64,000 bases of DNA from Callorhinchus milii (taxonomy: Eukaryota), in NCBI RefSeq assembly GCF_018977255.1, contig NW_024704771.1, positions 806,001 through 870,000 on the forward strand, in the 5' to 3' direction. Position numbers and translations under genes: made by a program. How positions within the stretch are numbered: the first letter of the stretch is position 1; each line of letters starts with the position of its first letter. The notes under the pieces are model-generated. The model made no database searches, had not been told where the DNA came from, and saw nothing but the letters and a program-made list of their open reading frames with translations. Below, one piece after another: positions 33,334-47,700 of the stretch.

Positions 33334-36205
33334 GTAAGACATTAATATAAGACATTAATGACACAATTCAGAACTGCTCAGATCCCACCCCAGATTTAGC
33401 ACAAAGATGTACAGACAGAAGGTCCCAGCCTGGTCTGTGCTGAGGTATCTGATCTCAGCCGGGGAGGGAGGGGCCTCTACACATGGCCTCAGGGCCCGGA
33501 TATGGATAGACAATAAGCCAAAGTCACTGTTCCTCATCACATTCAGGGAGTCCCCCCCCTCTCCCATCCCAGCCTTTCTGTAAATCCCGGGTGAGGAGAG
33601 GACCAGGCTGTGATGCCCTCAATGGTTGAAGTCCTGTAGCTCAGTGGTTATAGCACTCGCTTTGCAAGCGAGAGACCTGAGTTCATTTCCAGGCAGAGGG
33701 CGAAACCTTGGGCAAGTTTCCTTACTCCACACAGAGCCTAATAATAATCCCTCCAAAAAAACCAAAAAAAAACAATAATTTTTAATTTTTCTCCTGCCCA
33801 ACACCTTCAGCACCCATCCCCTATTTGGATGCCAAGCCAGTAATAGCACCTTGGAATACCCTCCCCGATTATAGGCGCTGTAGATACGTAAATTTATATA
33901 TTTTTTTAACTAAGGCGGCTGATTTTCTCACTGTGTGCTCCCACAAGAGATAGACAGAATTTGTGGAATGCAGAGCATACCCTTTCAAAAATATTTATTT
34001 TGCAGTCATACTAAGGGTTTGAGAGCTGCTAACATACATTTTTAACGTGGTTACATTTCTCAGTCAAACTTATGCAACCAAGGTAAAATTACTTTCTAAA
34101 TTATAGGCCACAGCATATCAAATTGACAACATAATATCCATACCCTTTGTCTTATATCCAGCAAATTTCAGAAAAATCTGAGATTCATCTAAATTTTGAA
34201 GCCCCATAACAGTTACCCAATACACATATTGTGCTGGCTACTTATTGCATTAATGTAGGCATTAATCTAAGCATGGCAGTTAATTTGATTTAAAATACAT
34301 TCCTAATAATAATAATAATAATCCTTACATTTGATACAGCGTCTTATCAGATATCTCAAAACGCTTCACAGATCATATTGTAAACTGAATTGACTGCATA
34401 TCTTTTGGACAAAAAGTAGTTAGGATTTGCCTAAAATGCAGCCTTATCTAGAATTTGAACCCGGGATCTCTCAGACGTTTATTCAGTTGCTGACTCCAAA
34501 GCAAGAATAAGACCTGAGACCAAAGAAGCACATGTGCAGACACCTACAACCTCAACTGATGAAATTGGCGATACCAGAAATGTCAGGTTCCTTGTGGATT
34601 TTATAAAGAAATCATGATTTTCATTATCGAATTGCCAAGGCAAAAATCAAACAGTGCTCTACGTTCACTAATTTGTGTGTCAGCGAGGCTACAAGCGGCA
34701 GTTAATTAGAGATATCGTTAGTAAAACAAATTACTTCACAAATAAAATGTGGCATGATTATAGCCAAAGTGTTGGTTAGTTTCCTGGAGCATTTTAATGT
34801 GAACTCTAATGCCAGTCAAGCTCAGATAACAGAAATCTGGTGCTCATAGAATCATAGAATTTTACAGCAGAAGGAGGCCATTCAGCCCATCGTGCCTGTG
34901 CTGGTTCTTTGAACAGAGCTGTCCAATTCAATCCCACTCCCCCGCTCTTTCCACGTAGCTCTACAAACTTGGAGTCCTGTAGCTCAGTGGTTAGAGCACT
35001 TGCTTTGCAAGTGAGAGACCTGAGTTCAATTCCAGGCAGAGGGCGAAACCTTGTGCAAGTTTCCTTACTCCACACACCTAATGATAATCCCTCCAAAACC
35101 CCAAACAATAATAAAATTGGTCATTTTCAATCTACGACTGTTTGTGGGACATTGCTGTGCGCAATTGGCTGCCGCGTTTGCCCACAAATATACAGTCAAT
35201 TCACTTTACACTGTGTTCTGTGAAGCGCTTCGGGACTTCGAGAAGACGTGAAAAGCACTATATCAAATGCAAGGATTATTATTATTATTAATAACCAACC
35301 AACACTGGCTGTCTAGACTCTCACATGAACAAGTCACTTGAGCTACAGAACAGACACAATGAATGTCAGCACTGAGCCCGACTCCTGCTCATCGCCCTCT
35401 GCACGGTCACTAAAGCTGTGATGCCATGTTGAGGTTGTAGAGATGTCAGTCCAATCCTGTGCCCCAGGCGCTGGGCACAACAGCTGTTAGTGTGTGGCTG
35501 GAGAATGGTATGTGACTGTACCTGTGGAAGGTACTGATAGACCAAATACTACATACACTGTTACTGCATTTACTACATTACATGGTGTCATCCACACTGT
35601 CACCTGTCGTAAAATACTCACTGTATATTGTGTGAAGGAATCGGATTACTGACCAATAGCAGTCAGTTGTCATGACTGGATGCTCATGTGATGTCCTCGT
35701 GTGAGTCCCTCTTGACTCAGGACATCAGTGTGTTTTAACTAACGGTGACCACATTATGGTGACATGGTGTTTGCCCACAGCAAACTCTGATCTTGTTGTC
35801 TGATCAGCAGCCCATATATTAATATAAAACTGACCCCCCTCCCCCCCGATCAATAAACCTGTCCACTCAGTTTCAAGATCTAGATTAGTCCACATCGTCT
35901 CTCCCAGATCTGTTTGATTTACTGCAACCAGACCACGCCCAGACCCCACCCACACCACACCCAGACCTCACCTGCACCATTCCCAGATCATACCCAGACC
36001 TCATCCAGACCCCACCCAGACCTCACATATACCGCACCCAAATCACACCCAGACCTTACCTACGCCATACACAGATCATACCCAGATCTCACCTGCACCA
36101 AACCTATACCACCCAAACCACAACTACACCACACCCAGACCTCATACAGACCGCACAGCTACATGTCTTAATGATAACAGCTGACAACATTCTGCTTTCT
36201 TACAG

Positions 36206-36232
36206 GTTATGAGGAGGTTCTCACAGAATTAG
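36206..36232 (+). CDS. Gene B micro-exon, 27 nt (GYEEVLTEL)
   Basis: ttcttacag acceptor, AG|gtaagg donor; paralogue of 1291-1317. Confidence 0.8.
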   Translation, partial: VMRRFSQN

Positions 36233-36437
36233 GTAAGGTATTTGGGTCAGTTTGATAAAGAGCCATTCTGTCACTCCCCTTTCCCCAAATAAATGTTAAA
36301 ATATATTAATGGGGAGGGGGAGCGAGGAGGGGAATATAAAGCAGTTTGGGGAACAGAGAAAATGTGACTGGCAAAACCGTATAAAACCATTCCTCATCAA
36401 ATAAATCTATACCAACCGAACTTCCTTTATTTTACAG

Positions 36438-36473
36438 AAAAGACCCAATTTGGGTTGTACAGAAGTTATGCAG
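36438..36473 (+). CDS. Gene B micro-exon, 36 nt (EKTQFGLYRSYA)
   Basis: ttttacag acceptor, GCAG|gtaaga donor; splices in phase to the B30.2 exon. Confidence 0.8.
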
Positions 36474-36899
36474 GTAAGATATTTAATATCATATAAAGTG
36501 TGAAATTCGGAAATCCTTGACAGATCACAGGATAAAAATCTGTATCTGCCACCTGCCTGCCCACCGTGCGATCCTATCAGTGCACTCTCACAGAGGTAGG
36601 AAGGAGCAAAGCCGTGGAGGGCTTTGAAGGTGAAGATGAGATTTTTGAACTCTTTCCTGTGGAGGATGGGGAGCCAGTGGAGCCGGGCGAGGGTGGGGGT
36701 GACAGGGTCATGGAAACTGGTTTGGGAGAGGACACAAGCTGCAGAATTCTGGATGATACCCCTCCACATAGACCCTCACACCCCCACCCCCACACACACA
36801 ATCTCACCCTCTCCCATAAAAACATACACTCACATCCCCCACACACATCCTCACCTCCCCCTCCACACACACACACCTTCACCTGCCCCTCAGACACAT

Positions 36900-39800
36900 C
36901 CTGACAAACAACAACTTGGATTTATATAGTGCCCTCCATGCCGGATGGCGTCTCAGAGAGCTTCACAGTAACAGATCCTGGTGTCGAGCGTGGGGGAAGA
37001 AGGTGACCAAAGGCACGGTCGAAAAGAAAGGTCTTTAGCCAAGACCTGAAAGCAGGAAGGGAGGGGACAAGGCGAAGGGAGTGAGGAAGGGAGTTCCAGA
37101 GCCTCGGGGCATAGTGGCTGGCAGTCTGGCAAGGATTGGGGTAATCGGGGAGCGGAGTTTGGTGCGACTAATAATAATAATAATATAATCCTTGCCTTTG
37201 ATATAGCGCTTTTCACGTCGGGAGGACGTCCCAAAGCGCTTCACAGAACACACTGTAAAGTGAATTGACTGTATATTTGTGGGCGAACACGGCAGCCAAT
37301 TGTGCACAGCAGTGTCCCACAAACAGTCGTAGATTGAATATGACCAATTTATTATTGTTTTTTTTTTGTTTTTTTTGGAGGGATTATTATTAGGCGCTGT
37401 GTGGAGTAAGGAAACTTGCCCAAGGTTTCGCCCACTGCCTGGAAATGAATTCAGGTCTCTCGCTTGCAAAGCGAGTGCTCTCACCACTGAGCTACAGGAC
37501 TCCACTGTAAGGAAGTGGGCGGCAGAATTCTGGATGACCTGGATTTTATGAATAGTAATGGAGGGGAGACCGACGAGGAGGGCATTTGAATAGTTCAGCA
37601 GAGAGGTGACAAAGGCATGGACCAGGGTTTCAGCGGCGTTTGGGGTGAGATATTGGTGGAGACGGACGATGCGTCGGAGGTGGAAGAAAGCGGTGCTGGT
37701 GTGGGGGATGGTTTGGAGAGTTCTAGTGGCTGGTCGGGTAGGTGGAGTAGGTGGGAACCGTGCCATTTAAGACATTGATGAGAGCCAAAGAGTATGGCTT
37801 CTGTCTTGTCAACATTTAGCTAAAGGAAATTCGTGCTCATCCAGCTCTTGAGGGCTGACAGGCAGCTGACAGAACATTAGGGGACTGGGGATCGCAAAGT
37901 GAGGTGGAAAAATAGAATTGGGTGTCGTCCGCATACATGTGGGAGTGTATTCCATCTCTGCAGATGACATCTCCAAGAGGGAGCATATAGATTAGGGAGA
38001 GGGCCAAGGATGGATCCTTGGGGTACCCCACAGGTAACCGGATGAGAGCGGGAGGAAAAGCCATTTGTGCAGATGTACTGCTGGAAGTTCGTGAGGTAGG
38101 ACTCGAACCAGGAGAGTGCGGTCACACTGAGATGGATGGCGGAGGAAAGGCGGTGGAGAGGATGGTGTGATCAACTGTGTCAAAGGCAGCAGAGAGGTCC
38201 AGAAGGACAAGGAGGCAGAGGGAGCCCTGGTCACAGACAGAGAGGATGTCATTTGAGACTTTCACAAGCGCAGTCTCTGTACTATGGACAGGGCAGAAAC
38301 CGGCAGGAAGAGGTTCGAAAAGGGAGTGGGAGGAGAGGTGTGCGCGGAGTTGATTGGCAACAATGCATTCTCGGACTTTGGCAGAGAAGGGCAAGTTTGA
38401 AACAGGGCGGTAGTGGCTGGGGTTTGAGGCATGTAGGGAAGGTTTTTTGAGGAGGGGGATGATGACAGCAGTTTTGAGGGAGGCAGGGACTGATCCAGTG
38501 GAGAGGGACTGTTTGATGACATCAGCCAGTAGTGGGCAGAGGAGGGGGAGTTGGGTGACCAGCAAGTTGGTGGGGAGGTGGTCAAGGCAGCAGGAAAGAG
38601 AGATGGGGAGGAAGGAATGTAGGATAGGGGTCACGGTAGGAGCTGATGATGGGGAGGGGAAGGGGGATGGAGAGGAGGTAGTGGTGGGTGACCAGAGGCA
38701 GGAGGATGAGGCTGCCGGCCGGATATTATTTATTTTAGTTGAAAAGAAGTCCATGATCTCATCACACTTGGCATTTGATGTGAAGATTGAGGAGGCCTGA
38801 GGGGGCGCACGGAGGAGGTAGTGGGTGGTGGAAAAAAGGACTTTGGGATTGTTTTTTTGCCTCCAAGATGATGTTGGAGTAGACGGCCGTTTTTGCACAC
38901 GTCAAAGAATGGCGTTATCTGTGGAGATGCTCGAGCCACAGTTGGTGGTGAACTCTCAGGGCAGTTTTCTGACATCTGCATTCGAGCAGCCGGGTTTGGT
39001 TTTTTAGGAGTGGAGATGATGGTTATACCGGGGGATCGAGTGGGTTTGGTGATGGTCCTGGATTTCAGGGGGATGTGATAGTTGAAGGTGAAGGAGACGA
39101 TCATGGAGCAGCTGGATGGAAGGAGCCAGAGGGCTTAGGGGGGTGGTAGACCAGAAAGATTTTCAGTGGGAGAGAGGGATGGAAGAGGGTGAGGTGCTCA
39201 AAAGAGGGGAAGCAGCCAGAGGGATTTGGGGAAAGACCAAGGGAAGCTTTGGAGATGAGGACCACCCCACTGCCACGTTGGCTTGGACGGGGGATGTGGT
39301 GGAAGGTGTAGCCTGGAGGGGTTGCTTAGACTAGAGGGATGGGGTCATTGGGGGAGAGCCAGGTTTCTGTGAGCCCAAGAATGTTCAGGTGCTCATCCAG
39401 GATGAGGTAATGGATGGTGAGGGGTTTGTTTGTGAGGGAACGGACATTTTGAAGGGAAATGCGGTGGGTTTGCTGGTGGGAGGAGAGGGAGGAGAGTGAT
39501 ACGGAAAGGATTTGAGGATATACAGGAGAGATGGCTGTGGAGTGTGGGGGGAGTGGAGAGTTGGGGAGGGTACGCATGAGGGAGGGGGACGTTGTGGTTG
39601 CCATAAGGAGGCGGTTTGTGTGGAGGGAGTGAATGATGGGACACTTGGGGTCGCTGCTCTGGGACAGCCAGTGCCTGGAGCCACGATGGGCCCGGCGGAG
39701 GCTGCCCAGGCTGGAGCAGAGGGAGGTGGTGATGGGGTCCAGGAGAGAGAGGTGGGGGGGGGGGGTGGGAGAGAAGGACAGAGTGGGAGTAGGGATACAG

Positions 39801-39990
39801 AGGTTGGGAGGAGAGGCATTTAGAGTGGAGGGAGAGGCTCGGGTCGGGGCGGCAGCCAAAACGTGCGCACAGAGACCGGGAGCGAGCGATCAGTGGGACG
39901 GCATCAGCCCACAGGCTGTGTGGTCACGGCTAAGATGTCAGTGACAGGGGCGGCCACGACATTTTCTCCTGAACCACTTTCACTGTGGAT
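36900..39990 (-). mobile_element. Long degenerate L2 LINE (APE endonuclease and RT) with a nested SINE at 37169-37505
   Basis: ISLQNVRSL...ILGLTETWL (APE); [54 protein letters not shown] (RT); frameshifted. Confidence 0.92.
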
Positions 39991-40012
39991 TAGTTTCTTT
40001 TAGCTTTTCTAA

Positions 40013-40745
40013 GTGTTAGTGTTGGTGTCAGTGCTGTTAGTGTTAGTGTTGGTGTCAGTGCTGTTAGTGTTAGTGTTGGTGTCAGTGCTGTTAGTGTTAG
40101 TGTTGGTGTCAGTGCTGTTAGTGTTAGTGTTGGTGTCAGTGCTGTTAGTGTTAGTGTTGGTGTCAGTGCTGTTAGTGTTAGTGTTGGTGTCAGTGCTGTT
40201 AGTGTTAGTGTTAGTGTTGGTGTCAGTGCTGTTAGTGTTAGTGTTGGTGTCAGTGCTGTTAGTGTTAGTGTTGGTGTCAGTGCTGTTAGTGTTGGTGTCA
40301 GTGCTGTTAGTGTTAGTGTTGGTGTCAGTGCTGTTAGTGTTGGTGTCAGTGCTGTTAGTGTTGGTGTCAGTGCTGTTAGTGTTGGTGTCAGTGCTGTTAG
40401 TGTTAGTGTTGGTGTCAGTGCTGTTAGTGTTAGTGTTGGTGTCAGTGCTGTTAGTGTTAGTGTTGGTGTCAGTGCTGTTAGTGTTGGTGTCAGTGCTGTT
40501 AGTGTTAGTGTTGGTGTCAGTGCTGTTTGTGTTGGTGTCAGTGCTGTTAGTGTTAGTGTTGGTGTCAGTGCTGTTAGTGTTGGTGTCAGTGCTGTTAGTG
40601 TTAGTGTTGGTGTCAGTGCTGTTAGTGTTAGTGTTGGTGTCAGTGCTGTTAGTGTTAGTGTTGGTGTCAGTGCTGTTAGTGTTAGCGTTGGTCTCAGTGC
40701 TGTTAGTGTTAGTGTTGGTGTCAGTGCTGTTAGTGTTGGTGATTC
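40013..40745. repeat. Tandem repeat of 21/27/33-bp units, (ttagtg)n-ttggtgtcagtgctg
   Basis: Direct inspection; units differ only in TTAGTG hexamer number. Confidence 0.97.
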
Positions 40746-40879
40746 TGTGTTAGTTTTGATTGTTTGATTATGATGTGAAGCCGACGTCACTTTTTGTAAC
40801 TCTGCGGTTCCCCTGTGACCCCCTCACGTCGCGGCTTTATACCCACTGCTCGGCCTCGGCTCCGCCCCGCGCTCTCCTG

Positions 40880-41490
40880 ACTCCACTCCACACCCTCACA
40901 TCCCCCACAGACACAATCACATACCCCGATAGACACACACTCACATCATCCCCCACAGACACACTCACACACACCCCACACACCATCACATGCCCCAACA
41001 GACACACCCTCAGCCCCCGACCCACACACTGACACACCGCCCCACACATCCCCACATCTCCCCCCACAGACACACTCACATCCCTCGAACACACTCACAC
41101 CACACCCCACACACACCTTCACAACAGCCCCCGAAACACACTCTCATACCATCCCAACACACACCCTCACATCCCCTCCACACACACCCTCACATTCCCC
41201 TCATGCACAGATACACACAAACCCCCAAACGCACAGCCTCTCATCTCCCCCAAACACACCCTCACATATGTCCCCACACACACCCTCACATAGCCCCACA
41301 CAACCACACCCTCACATCCCTCTCACAGACACTCGCTCAGACCCTTCACACATCCTCACACCCCACCCAATCTCACATCCCCTACGCACACCCTCACATT
41401 CCCCCCCACACACCCTCGCACATCCCCCGACCCACACACACCGTCACACCACCCCCACACACACCCTCACATCCCCCCACCCACAAACAA
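40880..41490 (+). repeat. CA-rich low-complexity tract
   Basis: cacacaccctcacatcccc variants. Confidence 0.85.
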
Positions 41491-42650
41491 CAACATCAAC
41501 AAGATTGTATTTGTATAGTCCATTTCATGTCAGGAGGACGTCCCAAGGTGCTGAACAGTGACAGCATTTCAGACCCGAGCTGGGGTCAGTGGGGTATGGG
41601 AGGGGAGGGGAAGGGGCTTGCCGATGGCATGGTCGAAGAGGAGGGACTTAGGCGCGACTTGAAGGAGGCTAAGGAGGGGGTGAGATAGAGTGATTGGAGG
41701 ATGGAGTTCCAGAGGTTGGGGGCAGAGTGGCTGAAGGCTCTCCCGCCAATGGTGGGGCGGGTGGGTCGGGGGATGTGGAGCAGGACAGAGCGGGCGGGTT
41801 GGTAGGGGGATAGGAGGTCATAGCGATAGGGTGGGGCGAGGCCATGGAGGGCTTTGTAGGTGAGGACCAGGATTTTGAACTGGATCTTCTGAAGGACAGG
41901 AGCCAATGGAGTCGGGCGAGAGTGGGGGAGATGGGGTCACGGAGTTTGGTGCGGGAGAGGACACGGGCGGCAGAGTTCTGGATTATCTGCAGCCTGTGGA
42001 GGGAGGAGTTGGGAAGGCCGACAAGCAGGACATTTGCATAGTGGAGCCTGGAGGTGATGATGGCATCAACAAGAGCTTCAGCGCCTGAGGGGTGAGGTAG
42101 TGGCGGAGTCGGGCGATGTTACGGAGGTGAGGGAAGGCAGAGCGGGTCATGGTTTGGATGTGGGGAAGAAAAGACAGTTGAGGGTTGAACAAGACACCCG
42201 GGTTCCTGACTGCTGGTGAGTTGTAGTGAGCAACCATGGAGGGTGATGCTGCCGGAGCCTGAGGTGCGGAGGCGCTGGCGCGAGACAATCAGGAGCCTCA
42301 GTCTTGTTCACATTCAACTGTGGGAAGTTTGCCCTCATCCGGGACTTGATGTCCGACCGCAGTCTGTCAGCACAGCAGTGGCCCTGGAGCTGAGGGTGGA
42401 GGCAGAAAGATAGAGTTGGGTGTCATCCGCATACATGTGGGAGTGGACCCCATGTGTGCGGATGATGTCACCGAGGGGGAGTGTGTAGATATTAAAGAGG
42501 AGACGAGGACAGAGCCCTGAGGGACACCAGACATGACAGTGCGGGGGCTGGAGGGGAAACCGTTAGAGGCAACAAAGTGGAGACGGTGAGAGAGATAGGA
42601 ATCGAACCAGACAACGGCAGGTCCATGAGGAGTAAGTAAAGAGGAGAGGG
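41490..42650 (-). mobile_element. L2 LINE 3' portion
   Basis: [54 protein letters not shown]. Confidence 0.88.
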
Positions 42651-42654
42651 AACA

Positions 42655-43925
42655 TCTTCACATTCCCCCCTCACCCCCCACACACACACACCCTCACATC
42701 CCCCCCGCACACCCTCACATCCCCCCCACACACACACCCTCACATCCCCCCCACACACACACCCTCACATCACCCCCCACACACACCCTCACATCCCCCC
42801 ACACACACACACACCCTCACATCCACCCCACACACACACCCTCACATCCCCCCACACACACACACTCACATCCCCTCACACACCATCACGACCCCCTCAA
42901 ACGCACCCGCATGACCGCCCCACACACATCCTCACGAACCCCCACACACTCCCTCACGTCTCCCCCCACACATACACCCTCACCTCCCCCCACACGCACG
43001 CTCACCTTCCCTCCACATGCACCTTCTTGTCGCCCCCACACACACCCTCACGTTCCCCCCACACACTCCCCCAATTGCCCCCCACACGCACCCTCACGTC
43101 CCACCCACCCACACCCTTGCGTCGCCCTCACACGCACACTCACCTTCCCTCCACGTGCACCTTCTTGTCGCCCCCACACACACCCTCACATACCCCCACA
43201 CTCCCCCAATTCCCACCCCCCACACGCACCTGCACATCCCCCCCAAAACGCTACCTCACGACCCATCCACACACACACACACCCTCACTACCGCCCCCAC
43301 ACGCACCCTCACGGGCCCCCACATGCACCCTCACGTACCCCCACACGCACCCTCAAGACCCCCCACACGCACCCTCATGACTCCCCTACACGCACCCTCA
43401 CAGTCACCCACACGCACGCTCACTTACACCCGCACACTTATCCTCACATCTCCCACCCCCACTGCCCCCAAAGCACACCCTCACGTCCTCACCACACACA
43501 CCCTCACGTTACCCCCACACGCACATTCACATTCCCTACAAAGACACACCCTCACGTGACCCCACACACACACCCTCACATCCCCCCCACATACACACAC
43601 TTACATCCCACTCACACGGACCATCACGTCCACTGCAAATGGTCCCTTATGTCCCCCCTACACGCACTTTTACGTCGCCCACACACACACACTCACGTCG
43701 CCCTCACACGCACCCTCACGTCGCGCCCACACGCAACCCTCACATCCCTCCATACGCAGCCACGTCCCCCTACACGCACCTTCACGTCCCCCCCTCACGC
43801 ACCTTCACGTCCCCCCCACACGCACCTTCACGTCCCCCCACACGCACCTTCACGTCCCCCCACACGCACCTTCACGACCCCCCCACACGCACCTTCACGT
43901 CCCCCCACACGCACCCTCATAACAT
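42655..43925 (+). repeat. C/A-rich minisatellite
   Basis: Same family as 3490-7830. Confidence 0.9.
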
Positions 43926-43929
43926 AACA

Positions 43930-44730
43930 TAAGATGCACAATCACCTACCTGCCCAGTCACCTCACCTCTCTATGTCTCGCTGCATTGTTTTAATGTCGT
44001 CCTCTGTGTTGACACTTCCTCCTCGTTTTGTTTTGTGTCATCCGCGAATTTAGATATATTAACTTCGATGTCCACATCAGATCGTTGGTGTAGATGGTAA
44101 ATAGCTGATCCTTGTGGCACTCCACTGGTCACATCCCACCAATCTGAAAAGGACCCGTTTATCCCTAATCTGTGTTTCCGACCTATTGACCATTCCCCAA
44201 TCCACGTTAATATGGTCCCCAATTCCATGGGCCCTTATCTTTTGGACTAACCTTTTATGCGGCACCTTATCGAATGCCTTCTGGAAGTCCAAATAGACCA
44301 CATCCACTGATTCACCCATATCCAGTTTACTGGAAATGTCCTCAAAAAACTCTCTGAAATTTGTCAAACATGACTTCCCTTTTGTAAAGCCGTGTTGACT
44401 CGGCCAAATTATATTGTGCCCTAAATACCGCACTACCACATCCTTAATCAACGATTCTAAAATGTTTCCCATCACTGATGTGAGACTAATTGGCCTATAG
44501 TTCCCCATCTTTTCCTTTCCACCTTTTTTAAACAGTGGTGTGACATTTGTGATCTTCCAGTCCATGGGCACTGCTCCAGAATCCAAGGAATTTTGGAAGA
44601 TCAGACACAGGGCCTCCACTATCTCATACGCTCCTCTTCTCAAACCCTGTGATGCAAACCATCCGGACCGGGGGATCCGTCACTGTTTAGTGCTCACAGT
44701 TTCCCGACACCAATTCTCTGCTGAATTTCC
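43930..44730 (-). mobile_element. CR1 LINE RT fragment (paralogue of 2660-3460)
   Basis: ORF 44077-44643 is nearly identical to 2688-3383. Confidence 0.9.
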
Positions 44731-44739
44731 CTAAGTTGC

Positions 44740-47700
44740 TCCCTGTCCCTCACGTCCCCCCCCACCCCACACGCACCCACACGTACTGCCCACACGCACC
44801 CACACGTACTGCCCACACGCACCCTCACGTCCGCCCACACGCACCCTCACGTACTGCCCACACGCACCCTCACGTACTGCCCACACGCACCCTCACGTAC
44901 TGCCCACACTCGCCCTCACGTACCACCCATACTCACACTCACCTCCCCCCCACAAACACCCTCACCTCCGCCCCACACACACCCTCACGACCCCCCACAC
45001 ACACCCTCACGACCCCCCACACACACCCTTACCTCCCCCCACACAACCTCACACCCCCGCACAAGCACCTGCACGTCCCCCCCCACACACCCTCACCTCT
45101 CCCCCACACGCACCATCATGAGCCCCCCAAATGCACCCTCACGTCCCCCCCACACGCACCGTCATTATGCCACCACACACACCCTCACGTCCCCAACACG
45201 CACCCTCACGACACCCCCCACATGCACACTGTCTTGACCCCCACACACCCGTACGTCCCCCCCACGCACACACTCACCTCCCACCACACGCACCCTCACG
45301 TTCCCCCCCCATACATACCCTCACGACACCCCCACATGCAGCCTCACTTACACCCGCACAGGTACCCTCCCATCAACCCCCACAAACACAGCCTCACGTC
45401 CCCCACAAACACAGCCTCACGTCCCCCCCTCACAAACCTCACGTGCCCCCCACAAGCAGCCGCACGTCCCTCCCACATGCACTCTCACCCACACAGGCAC
45501 ACTCACGAGCCTCACAAACGCACACTCACATTCCTCCACAACACCATCACGTCCCCAGCACACGCACCCTCACGTTCCTCCACATACACACCTGTTCATC
45601 ACTCCCACACACACCCTCACGTCCCATACAAGCATCCTCCCGTCCCCCCCACATGCACCCTCACCTCCCCCCTCACACACAACCTCACGTCCCCCCACAC
45701 GCACCCTCACGTCCCCCCCACACAGCCTCATGTCCCACCCACACACACCCTCACGTCCACCCGACACGCAGCCTCATGTCTCCCCCATAAGCACCCTCAC
45801 GTCACGCCCAGACGCACCCTCGCGTCCCCCACACATGCACGCTCGCGCCCCCAACACACGCACCCTCACGTGCCCCCCACATGCACATTCGTGTCCCCCA
45901 CACGCACCCTCACGCTCCGCACACACTAACCCTCACGTCCCCCACCCACACGTACACTCTCATGTCCCCCCCACACGAGCCCTCACATCCCCCACACGCA
46001 CCCTCACGTTCCTCCACATGCACATTCACGTTCCCCCAAGCGCACCCTCATGTCCCCCCCATGAAGCATACTCACGTCCCTCACACACGCAGCCTCATGT
46101 CCCCCCCACACGCACACTCACGTCCCCTGCACACACACCCTCATGTCCCCTGCACACACACCCTCAGACAGCCTCATGTCAACTCCACACGCACCCTCAC
46201 GTCAACCCCACACGCAGCATGTCTTGACTCTCACGCAGCCCCACGTCTCCCCCACATGCACCCTCATGTCCCCCGCACAAGCACCCTCACACGGCATCAC
46301 GTTCACCCCAAACACACCCTCATGACCCCGCACACACACTCACGTCCCCCACACGCACCCTCACCTCCCCCCAACACCCACCCTCACGTCACCCCCACAC
46401 GCATCCTCACGTCACCACCACACGCACCCTCATGTCACCCCCACACGCACCCTCACGTCACCCCCACACGCACCCTCACGTCCCCACCACACGCACATTT
46501 GTGTCCACCACACGCACCCTCACGTTCCTCCACACGAACCCTCATGTCTCCCGCACACACACCCTCACTCTACCCCCCACACATGCACCCTCATGCCTCC
46601 CCCACACTAACCCTCATCCCCCCACACCACACGCATGCTCACACACCCCCCACAGGCACCCTCACGTCCCCCCCACAAACACCCTCATGTCCACCACACG
46701 CACCCTCACGTCCCCCCCCCATCCGTACACTCTCACATTCCCCCAAATGCGGCTTCACATCCCACCCACACGCACCCTCACATCCCCCCCACACGCACCC
46801 TCACGTCCCCCCACACACACCCTCACATCCCCCACAGGAAACCTCACGTTCCTCCGCACGCACACTCACGTTCCCCCATACGTAGCCTCACGTCCCCCCC
46901 ACACGCACCCTCATGTGCGCCGCACACGCACCCTCAAGCAGCAACAATTCACCCCACACGCGCCCTCATGTCACACGCACACTCACGTCCCCCCACACAC
47001 GCACCCTCACGTCACGCCCAAACGCATCCTCACGTCCCCCCCACATGCACCCTCACCTTCCCCCCACACGCATCCTCATGTCACCTCTACACACACCATT
47101 TTGTCATCCCCACATGCACCCTCAAATCACCCGCACACTCTCTCTCATGTCCCCCGCACACGCACGCTAACGTCCACCCCACACACACCCTCACGGCACC
47201 CACCCCCCACACACGTACTCTCATCCCCCCGACCCGTACCCTCACGTCCCCCACACACGCACTCTCACACCCCCCCCACACGCACCGTCACATCAGCTCT
47301 GCACGCGCACCCTCACATCCCCACCACACGCACCCTAACGTTCCTCCACAACACCCTCACGTTCATCCACACGCACACTCATGTCCCACCACATGAACCC
47401 TCACGTCTTGACCCCCACACACCCGCACTTCCTCCTCACATGCACCCTCACGTTCCCCACTCACATGCACCATCATGAGCCCCCACACACACAACGTCAC
47501 GTTGCCCCACATGCAGCTTTTCATCGACTCCACACAAACCCTCACATCCCCCGCACACGCACCCTCACTTCACTCCCACACGCACACTCACGTCCCCCCC
47601 ACACGCACCCTCACCTCACCCCCACACCCCCACATGCGCCCTCACGTTCCCCGCACACTTACGTCTCCCACACACGAAGCCTCACTTCCCCCCACACGCA

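Noticed and set aside
40013-40753. 246-aa Val/Leu 'membrane protein'
   Set aside because: It is a pure translation of a tandem repeat with a non-ATG start.
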